A stretch of DNA of 58,727 nt from a virus (Duplodnaviria > Caudoviricetes): positions 1-58,727 of the IMG/VR virus record IMGVR_UViG_3300032287_001165. One strand, given 5' to 3'. Made by a program: the position numbers and the translations under genes. The stretch's first letter is position 1. Each line of letters opens with the position of its first letter. Shown here in pieces: positions 33,614 to 41,031 of the stretch. The notes under the pieces are model-generated. The model was not told where the DNA came from. It worked only from the letters and a program-made list of their open reading frames with translations, and did no database searches.

Positions 33614-35564
33614 CCGCATCATCACCACCGACTTTGAAACGCGTTGGGACAAGAAAGAGTACACGCTCTCAAAGATGACAACAGAGGAGTACATCCGTGA
33701 TAAGAGATTCAAAGCGTTTGGAGCATGCGTACACGAATTTGGAACTGACAACCCAATTGAATGGGTTGGAGGAGATGGATTACGTGAATACTTTTCTGGA
33801 ATCGACTGGGGACGAACCGCAGTGCTTGCGCACAACGCACAGTTCGATGTATCCATTATGGAGTGGATATACAACGCCAGACCAGCATTCATCTTCGACA
33901 CACTATCAATGGCGAGAGCTTTACGCGGTGTGGAAGTTGGAAATTCCTTGGGAAAGTTGGCGACTGACTTCTCTTTGCCGGAGAAGGGACAAGCCGTTCA
34001 TTCGACTGATGGACTCGTTGAACTTCCCGAAGACATCGAGCGGGCACTCGCTGCATACTGTGCGCATGATGTGTTTCTGTGTGAGGAAATATTCAAGAGA
34101 TTGGGGGAGGGTTATCCCAAATCCGAACTGCGTTTGATTGACATGACGCTCAAGATGTATACACGCCCAACACTTGAGCTTGATAGCAAGATGTTGATAC
34201 AAGCATTAACAGAAGAAGGAGAGCTGCGTGAAGGACTACTACAAAGACTCGGCATACAGGAGGCTGAGCTTGCGTCGAACCCGAAGTTTGCAAACGTACT
34301 TGAAAGCCTCGGGGTTACTCCCCCGACTAAGGTCAGTAAAACTACCGGCAAAACGACGTACGCTTTTGCCAAGAATGATGCCCTCTTCCAAGCGATGCTC
34401 AATGGTGAACGTGAAGATGTTGCCCTCCTTTGTGAAGCACGCCTTAAAGTTAAATCCACGACCGAGCGCACACGTGCACAACGCTTCCTTGACATTAGCC
34501 AGCGCGGCAAACTACCGGTTCCGCTCTCGTATTACGGTGCTCTCTCGGGTAGGTGGACAGCGGCGAAAGGTTCAGCAATCAACATGCAAAACCTCAAGCG
34601 CGGAAGTTTCCTACGCAAAGCGATTATGGCTCCCGAAGGCTATCAACTTGTCGTCGGGGATTTATCGCAGATTGAACCGCGAGTACTCGCGTGGTTGGCG
34701 GACTACCAAGATATGCTCGACATCTTCAGGGCAGGCGGTGACCCTTACGCCGCTTTCGGTGCGCAGATGTTTAACATATCCGGACTCACTAAAGACAGCC
34801 ATCCCGATCTGCGGCAGTCTGCAAAGAGCGCGTTGCTTGGTTGCGGGTATGGCCTTGGCTGGGCATCGTTCGCGTCCCAACTTCTTACTGGGTTCCTTGG
34901 TGCTCCGCCTGTACGGTACTCGAAGGACTTCGCCAAGGCGTTAGGGGTTAACTCTGAGTACGCACAGGAGTTTGCCAGTTGGGACGGCAACGACTCCAAG
35001 CTGTTCGACATCCCACACACTTGTTCTGATAAAGAACTCCTGACCCACGCCCTTGCCGCCAAGGCAATCATTGACACGTACCGCCGTACTGCTTGGCCGA
35101 TTGTTTCTATGTGGGGATTGTTCAGCGAGCTTATACACAGATGTTTGTACAGCGGCAAAGAGTACACGCACAAGTGTTTGACATTCCGCAAGGGTGAGAT
35201 AGAATTACCAAACGGAATGAAACTTCTGTACCCCAATCTTCGCCTTGAACAGGGTGATAACGGCAAACCGCAGTGGGTGTACGGAGAGCGTGCAACGAAG
35301 TTGTATGCTGGTAAAGTAACGAACAATGTGACGCAAGCGCTTGCCAGAATCGTGATGACGGATGGCATGTTGAGGGTATCGAAGAAGTACCACATCGCTG
35401 GCACGGTGCACGACGAGTTGATCGCTGTTGTGCCGGACGAAGAAGTTGTTGACGCTAAGACTTGGGTCTTGGCGCAGATGACTATGGAGCCGAGTTACAT
35501 GCCGGGGATACCTCTGGCCGCTGACGGTGGCGCTCACCGTAGGTACGGGTTAGCAAAATCATGA
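33597..35564 (+). CDS. polA: DNA polymerase family A with 3'-5' exonuclease
   Basis: DFET, AHNAQFD, YCAHDV exo motifs; DLSQIEPR (A), RQSAKSALLGCGYG (B), TVHDE (C). Confidence 0.95.
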   Translation: MTKPFDRIITTDFETRWDKKEYTLSKMTTEEYIRDKRFKAFGACVHEFGTDNPIEWVGGDGLREYFSGIDWGRTAVLAHNAQFDVSIMEWIYNARPAFIFDTLSMARALRGVEVGNSLGKLATDFSLPEKGQAVHSTDGLVELPEDIERALAAYCAHDVFLCEEIFKRLGEGYPKSELRLIDMTLKMYTRPTLELDSKMLIQALTEEGELREGLLQRLGIQEAELASNPKFANVLESLGVTPPTKVSKTTGKTTYAFAKNDALFQAMLNGEREDVALLCEARLKVKSTTERTRAQRFLDISQRGKLPVPLSYYGALSGRWTAAKGSAINMQNLKRGSFLRKAIMAPEGYQLVVGDLSQIEPRVLAWLADYQDMLDIFRAGGDPYAAFGAQMFNISGLTKDSHPDLRQSAKSALLGCGYGLGWASFASQLLTGFLGAPPVRYSKDFAKALGVNSEYAQEFASWDGNDSKLFDIPHTCSDKELLTHALAAKAIIDTYRRTAWPIVSMWGLFSELIHRCLYSGKEYTHKCLTFRKGEIELPNGMKLLYPNLRLEQGDNGKPQWVYGERATKLYAGKVTNNVTQALARIVMTDGMLRVSKKYHIAGTVHDELIAVVPDEEVVDAKTWVLAQMTMEPSYMPGIPLAADGGAHRRYGLAKS

Positions 35565-35574
35565 GGAGAGAATC

Positions 35575-35871
35575 ATGCAGATACCCAAGAAAATCAAAGT
35601 AGGCACCAAGACCTACGCAATCATCCAAGTCAAGAAAGCAAGGACAAAGAACACCCTTGCCGCCATTGACTACACGCACGGCATCATCTGGATGGCGACA
35701 CACGACGAGCAAGGCAACAAGCTCAGCAACGAGGAAATGTCCGACACGTTCTGGCATGAATTGACGCACGCTGTACTGCACGACATGAACCACGTCATGT
35801 GTTACGACGAGAAGTTTGTGACAGCCTTTGCCAACCGTTTATCCTCTGCCGTGGACTCAGCTCAACTATGA
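35575..35871 (+). CDS. Small zincin-like metallopeptidase
   Basis: WHELTH (HExxH) plus downstream E. Confidence 0.7.
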   Translation: MQIPKKIKVGTKTYAIIQVKKARTKNTLAAIDYTHGIIWMATHDEQGNKLSNEEMSDTFWHELTHAVLHDMNHVMCYDEKFVTAFANRLSSAVDSAQL

Positions 35872-36533
35872 AAAAACCAGCGTGGTCACACTCCTCCCTC
35901 AAAGACTTTGAGGGTTGTCAGCGCCGCTACCAAGAAGTCAAGGTACTCAAGAACTACCCGTTCACAGAGACTGAGGCAACGCGGTACGGCAATCAAGTTC
36001 ATGAAGCCTTAGAGCTGTATGTCAAGGACGGCACACCCATCCCGCCTGAGTACGCGCAGTTCCAGCCTGTCGTGGATGCGTTGCTGAATAAGTCTGGCCG
36101 CAAGCTGGCTGAGTATGAAATGGCTTTGACCGCAGACCTCTTGCCAACAAGCTGGAAAGCGGATAACGTGTGGGTGCGAGGCATCGCTGACCTGTTAATT
36201 GTTGATGACGAGAACCTGACCGCGTGGGTGGCAGACTACAAGACCGGCAACAACAAGTACCCAGATCGCGATCAACTTGTGCTCATGTCAATCATGGTGT
36301 TTGCGCACTTCCCCCACATACGCAAGGTTAACTCCGCGCTGTTGTTTCTTGTAAAGAATGACATTGTGAAAATGTCAATGACATCAGACGAAGTTAAGAA
36401 GCACTGGTGGAATTACCGTGAACGCTATGCGCGTCTGGAAGCATCATTCGCAAACGATGTGTGGAACCCAAACCAAACGCCTCTGTGCGGTTGGTGTCCG
36501 GTGAAAACATGCGAGTTCAATCCAAAACATTAG
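35868..36533 (+). CDS. PD-(D/E)XK exonuclease (RecB/Cas4-like)
   Basis: WSHSSLKDFEGC, RGIAD, DYKTG, QL, CGWCPVKTC; start 35868. Confidence 0.85.
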   Translation: MKKPAWSHSSLKDFEGCQRRYQEVKVLKNYPFTETEATRYGNQVHEALELYVKDGTPIPPEYAQFQPVVDALLNKSGRKLAEYEMALTADLLPTSWKADNVWVRGIADLLIVDDENLTAWVADYKTGNNKYPDRDQLVLMSIMVFAHFPHIRKVNSALLFLVKNDIVKMSMTSDEVKKHWWNYRERYARLEASFANDVWNPNQTPLCGWCPVKTCEFNPKH

Positions 36534-36542
36534 GGAACACTC

Positions 36543-36803
36543 ATGCCTTACAAGAATCCAGAAGACCGTCCGTCGTATGCCAAGTACGAACAAAAACCAG
36601 AGATCATTAAAAAACGAGCCGCTCGAAACAAAGCACGCGCAATGCTTATGAAAGAAGGACTCGTACACAAAGGAGATGGAAAAGATGTCGACCACAAACA
36701 GCCTTTATCAAAAGGTGGTGCTACAACCCGGAGCAATCTTAGGGTCAAGTCTGCCTCAAATAACCGCAGCTTCGCACGGAAGTCTGACCACAGCATTAAG
36801 TAA
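36543..36803 (+). CDS. HNH endonuclease
   Basis: DVDHKQPLSKGG...NLRV...NR. Confidence 0.8.
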   Translation: MPYKNPEDRPSYAKYEQKPEIIKKRAARNKARAMLMKEGLVHKGDGKDVDHKQPLSKGGATTRSNLRVKSASNNRSFARKSDHSIK

Positions 36804-37074
36804 TGGTGCAACCATTAACAGGCTTCGGCTGAAGCATGAGCTTGACAGTGAAATCACAACTGCAATGATGGACTCCGAAGCGTTCAACGTACCTGTTAGT
36901 AGGTTGATTGATATATGGGTAACACGTTTCGGAAACAAATGGATTGATCTAGAAACGATAGAGAGCGATGCGTTCTTTAGCAATGCGTTTAAGAGACTTA
37001 AACAACTCGGAGAAGTTGAAGTCCATTTCTTAACAGACAGGGCGCGTTACGTGTGCCGCATGCCCGAGCAATAA
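36685..37074 (+). CDS. Hypothetical protein, paralog of 37087..37479
   Basis: AGGAG 9 nt before ATG 36685; shared C-terminal domain; start uncertain. Confidence 0.6.
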   Translation: MSTTNSLYQKVVLQPGAILGSSLPQITAASHGSLTTALSNGATINRLRLKHELDSEITTAMMDSEAFNVPVSRLIDIWVTRFGNKWIDLETIESDAFFSNAFKRLKQLGEVEVHFLTDRARYVCRMPEQ

Positions 37075-37086
37075 CAGGAGAAGCAA

Positions 37087-37479
37087 ATGGGAAAAATGAA
37101 AGCGCTAGGTCAGCAACTGACAGAAAAATTAGAGGCGTACGCTAACGCACAAGGATCACAAAATGCAGGTATGCAGAACATGGGCATGCAAGCAGCACAG
37201 AATGTGTATGGGGGAAGAATAGTAAAACAAAGATCACAAATAGTAAGCAACATGCGCGGCGTAGACGACCCCAACAAACGTGAAGCGTATGCCATCCCCC
37301 TATCAAGACTGGTAGATATGTGGCGTATAAAGTTTGAGGATAAGTGGGTTGATGTATCTGAGCTAGACGAAGAGTTCTGGTCGGACGCATCGGGAAGACT
37401 GCACAGAAACAGACTCATGGAAGAAGTCGAGTTCAATGGTAGCAACACGCCGTGGGCGCGGTTGAAGGAAAATGCTTAA
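37087..37479 (+). CDS. Hypothetical protein
   Basis: AGGAG RBS; 130 aa. Confidence 0.75.
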   Translation: MGKMKALGQQLTEKLEAYANAQGSQNAGMQNMGMQAAQNVYGGRIVKQRSQIVSNMRGVDDPNKREAYAIPLSRLVDMWRIKFEDKWVDVSELDEEFWSDASGRLHRNRLMEEVEFNGSNTPWARLKENA

Positions 37480-39041
37480 TGGAGATCGTTGACAACAAAG
37501 CGCTGATACTGCGCACACGCGACCCAAACAAATACAGCATCATTCCAAAACACAAAGTACTTGGCCATGAAGATGGCATCTATCAAGTTGCTGTGTACTG
37601 GGGACTTGATGAGAGCAGAGTGCTGAAGAACCTTGGTGTCAAAGATGTACCGTCTCCAATCAAAGGACGCTATGGTTGGCCGGGCAAGTACAAGCCAATG
37701 GATCACCAAATTGAGACAGCGGCATTCTTGACGCTACATCGTAGAGCGTTCTGTTTCAACGACCCCGGCACTGGTAAGACGCTCTCTGCATTGTGGGCGG
37801 CTGACTACTTGATGGAACGTGGTGAAGTGCGTAGGGTGTTGGTGTTGTGTCCCCTGTCAATCATGCACAGCGCGTGGATGGGCGACATCATGAACAGCAC
37901 CATGCACAGAAGCGCCATCGTCGCTCACCATCAACAAGCCGCACGTCGAATTGAAATGATTCAGCGTGACTACGAAATCGTGATTGCCAACTACGATGGT
38001 CTGAACTTGATTGCTGATGAGATACGCAACGATGGTCGCTTTGACCTTGTGATTGTTGATGAGGCCAACGCATACAAGAACCCATCAACGCGGCGTTGGA
38101 AGGCGCTGGCATCCATTATCAAACCTGAGACATATCTGTGGATGATGACGGGTACTCCTGCGTCGCAGTCGCCTGTGGATGCGTATGGCCTTGCACGACT
38201 GGTTAACCCAAGCGGTGTGCCCAAGTTTCAAACTGCGTGGCGCGACAGGGTGATGAACAAGATCAGCATGTTCAAGTGGGTGCCAAAAGAAAACTCAAGG
38301 GCGATGGTGTATGACGCACTGCAACCCGCCATCCGTTTCACAAAAGGTCAGTGCCTTGACTTGCCGCCAGTCATCACAGTCACACGCGAAGTACCGATGA
38401 CACCACAACAGAACAAGTACTACCGGATGCTGAAAGAGCAGATGATGGTGCGTGCGGCGGGAGAAGTTATCAGCGCAGTCAACGCAGGTGTGGCAGTCAA
38501 CAAGCTGTTGCAAATATCCTGTGGAGCCGCGTACACAGACGACAAGGAAGTGGTGGAGTTCGATGCGTCTCCTCGACTGAATGTGCTGGACGAAGTGTTG
38601 GAGGAGACTGAACGCAAGGTCATCATCTTCGCGTTGTTCAGGTCAAGCATTGACACCATCGTCACGCACCTTACCAAGCAGGGCTACGCCGTGGGACAAA
38701 TTCATGGCGACGTGACTGCAACAAAGCGCGGGCAGATCATTGGCGACTTTCAGACCACTGACAAGATACGCGTGCTGGTGATGCAGCCACAAGCGACTGC
38801 ACACGGGATTACCCTAACTGCCGCAGACACTGTGGTGTTCTTTGGGCCACTGATGAGCGTGGAGATGTACACACAATGTATTGCACGCGCAGACAGGAAA
38901 GGTCAAAACTCTGACAAAGTTACTGTGGTACACATTGAGTCAAGCCCGATTGAGAAAAAACTATTCAAAGCAATGGACGGTAAAGTTACTGACCACAAGT
39001 TGCTGGTAGACATGTTCGACAGCGAAGTGAAAAATATTTAA
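37479..39041 (+). CDS. SNF2-family helicase
   Basis: DPGTGKT, VDEAN, MTGTP, HGITLT, QCIARADRKGQ; TAATG start. Confidence 0.9.
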   Translation: MEIVDNKALILRTRDPNKYSIIPKHKVLGHEDGIYQVAVYWGLDESRVLKNLGVKDVPSPIKGRYGWPGKYKPMDHQIETAAFLTLHRRAFCFNDPGTGKTLSALWAADYLMERGEVRRVLVLCPLSIMHSAWMGDIMNSTMHRSAIVAHHQQAARRIEMIQRDYEIVIANYDGLNLIADEIRNDGRFDLVIVDEANAYKNPSTRRWKALASIIKPETYLWMMTGTPASQSPVDAYGLARLVNPSGVPKFQTAWRDRVMNKISMFKWVPKENSRAMVYDALQPAIRFTKGQCLDLPPVITVTREVPMTPQQNKYYRMLKEQMMVRAAGEVISAVNAGVAVNKLLQISCGAAYTDDKEVVEFDASPRLNVLDEVLEETERKVIIFALFRSSIDTIVTHLTKQGYAVGQIHGDVTATKRGQIIGDFQTTDKIRVLVMQPQATAHGITLTAADTVVFFGPLMSVEMYTQCIARADRKGQNSDKVTVVHIESSPIEKKLFKAMDGKVTDHKLLVDMFDSEVKNI

Positions 39042-39050
39042 AGAAAGGAG

Positions 39051-39093
39051 TTGCGTTTGGATTTGTTCCGTGTATGATGTAAAAGGTTAGACA
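39051..39093 (+). promoter_or_regulatory. Promoter TTGCGT-N16-TATGAT with overlapping TGTAAAAGGTTAGACA operator-like site
   Basis: Intergenic; site matches 27812-27827 at 13/16. Confidence 0.5.
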
Positions 39094-39111
39094 AAATAAC
39101 AGGAGAAGCAA

Positions 39112-39561
39112 ATGACTGCAATAGTCGATGATGACGCTCCCCAACAGGAGGAGCAGAGTGAGCTGTCAACTGTCCCTATGGACAAGTTGGCCAAGGTGTA
39201 CCGCAGGATGGCGGCTCGAATCCAAGAGCTGACGCAAGCGTACGAAAACGAAGTTGAGGAAATCAAACGGCAACAAGACATCGTGAAGATTGCCCTCAAA
39301 GATCAGATGCTCGCACTGGGTGTATCCTCTGTGCGCACTGACCAAGGCACTGTGGTGTTGTCAACAAAGACACGCTACAACACACAAGACTGGGATTCAT
39401 TCAAGACATTCGTGCTTCAACACGAAGCCGTTGACTTGTTGGAGAAGCGTATTGCGCAGACCAACATGGCGACATTTCTTGAAGACAACCCCGGCCTCGT
39501 ACCACCCGGATTGAACTCATTGACTGAGTACGCAATCTCTGTTCGCAAACCAACCAAGTAA
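39112..39561 (+). CDS. Conserved replication-module coiled-coil protein
   Basis: SVRTDQGT...DWDSF...LLEKRIAQ...PPGL; AGGAG RBS. Confidence 0.7.
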   Translation: MTAIVDDDAPQQEEQSELSTVPMDKLAKVYRRMAARIQELTQAYENEVEEIKRQQDIVKIALKDQMLALGVSSVRTDQGTVVLSTKTRYNTQDWDSFKTFVLQHEAVDLLEKRIAQTNMATFLEDNPGLVPPGLNSLTEYAISVRKPTK

Positions 39562-39577
39562 TCAGGAGAAATATCAC

Positions 39578-40528
39578 ATGACCAATGTGACGCTTTTTAA
39601 CAAAGCAAACGTACCAGCGTTTGCAAAGAATCGTGAGGGCTTGTCCTCAGTAGCCAAAGCTTTGGCGGGTAACAATTTGGATACCACCAAGCGTATCTCA
39701 ATCAAAGGCGGCGTGTTCCGCTTGTATAGCGGCGGTAAAGAAATCGCCTCAATCGAAGAACGCTATCTGGACGTTGTGTTCGTTGCCGCTGCGCCAGACA
39801 TTGGCCGCGTGTTCTACGCCAAGTCCTACGATGGTGAGGTGTCTGCGCCTGACTGCTGGTCGGCTGATGGTAAGACACCCTCTATTGATGCTGGCAACAG
39901 ACAGCATTCAAACTGCAAAGACTGCCCACAGAACATTGCAGGGTCTGGTCAGAACAACAGCCGCGCATGCCGCTTCCAGCAACGTGTTGCCGTGGTGTTG
40001 GCCAACGACATGGAAGGCGACATCCTCCAGTTGACACTGCCAGCCAAGTCCATCTTTGGTGATGGCGAAGGCGAGAACCGCCCATTACAGGCGTACATCA
40101 AGTGGTTGATGGCACAGCAAGAACCCATCGACCCCAGCTTGGTTGTGACCCGTTTGAAGTTCGATACCAAGTCTGAAAGCCCCAAGCTGTTCTTCAAAGA
40201 GATGCGCTGGTTGAACGAAGACGAGTACGAAATCATTTCTGCCAAGGCTGAGTCAGCAGAAGCCAAACGCGCTGTTGCGATGACCATGCCGAAGCCCGCC
40301 ACTGTGGCGGCTCCTCTGGCTATTGCTGGTACACGTCCTGCCAAGGTTGAAGAAGCTGAGGAAGAAGAACCCCCAGCACCCCCACCCAAGGCAAAGAAAG
40401 CCAAGCCTGCGCCTGTTGAGGATGAGGGCGAAGAGCCGACTGTGCGTAAGGAAGAGAAGAAGCCGAGTGCCGTGCCTGCCAAGAAATCCAACTTGGCGGC
40501 AATGGTTGATGATTGGGACGAGTCTTAA
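39578..40528 (+). CDS. Probable single-stranded DNA-binding protein
   Basis: RISIKG, PDCWS.DG, C..CP.N..GS, ACR; acidic tail ending DDWDES. Confidence 0.65.
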   Translation: MTNVTLFNKANVPAFAKNREGLSSVAKALAGNNLDTTKRISIKGGVFRLYSGGKEIASIEERYLDVVFVAAAPDIGRVFYAKSYDGEVSAPDCWSADGKTPSIDAGNRQHSNCKDCPQNIAGSGQNNSRACRFQQRVAVVLANDMEGDILQLTLPAKSIFGDGEGENRPLQAYIKWLMAQQEPIDPSLVVTRLKFDTKSESPKLFFKEMRWLNEDEYEIISAKAESAEAKRAVAMTMPKPATVAAPLAIAGTRPAKVEEAEEEEPPAPPPKAKKAKPAPVEDEGEEPTVRKEEKKPSAVPAKKSNLAAMVDDWDES

Positions 40529-40556
40529 GAAGGGCGGGGCTTCGGCCCCTTACAAC

Positions 40557-40835
40557 ATGGCTTACTCAACTCAAACAATCAACATGGTCATGAAAGCGCC
40601 AAAGACGTTGGGCAATCAACTCGGGCGCTGGGCTGTTCACCACAACTTCTCTGTCGTAAGAATCTCTCAAGCACTTGGTGTGTCACGCCAATCTGTTTAC
40701 AACTGGTTCGGCGGTGGAGAAGTTTTTGTGGCGTACCGACCAACGGTAACGTCGCTTCTCAAAATCCTACAAACATCAAGCACAGCCGACGAGGCTTGGA
40801 GAAAAACATGCAAGGCGTTCAACCTAAGCAATTGA
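40557..40835 (+). CDS. Cro/XRE-like HTH regulator
   Basis: SVVRISQALGVSRQSVYNWF; start at 40557. Confidence 0.8.
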   Translation: MAYSTQTINMVMKAPKTLGNQLGRWAVHHNFSVVRISQALGVSRQSVYNWFGGGEVFVAYRPTVTSLLKILQTSSTADEAWRKTCKAFNLSN

Positions 40836-41017
40836 CAGACAACGAGCTTCTGCGCTACGTTTACATCATGGGTTTTGACCGAGTTCCTCCTGACTGGGTT
40901 GAAGTTCTTGTAGAACGCATGGCTGATTTGATCGACAAGAAACACAGTGTTTACCACGAAGGTTTTGAAGACGGTTTTCAGCAAGGCATAGAACACGCAA
41001 CAGACGACTTTAAATAA
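40808..41017 (+). CDS. Hypothetical protein (MQGVQPKQL...)
   Basis: GGAG RBS. Confidence 0.65.
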   Translation: MQGVQPKQLTDNELLRYVYIMGFDRVPPDWVEVLVERMADLIDKKHSVYHEGFEDGFQQGIEHATDDFK

Positions 41018-41031
41018 ACCAAAGGATAGAC

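Noticed and set aside
34228-34944. 238-aa alternative-frame ORF within polA
   Set aside because: Arg/Ser-rich off-frame composition with no motifs
35868-36533. Cas4-like nuclease as a CRISPR component
   Set aside because: Stand-alone PD-(D/E)XK exonuclease in a replication module, common in phages
40536-40549. GGGGC-TTCG-GCCCC as a terminator
   Set aside because: Stable hairpin but followed by only TT; termination unsupported
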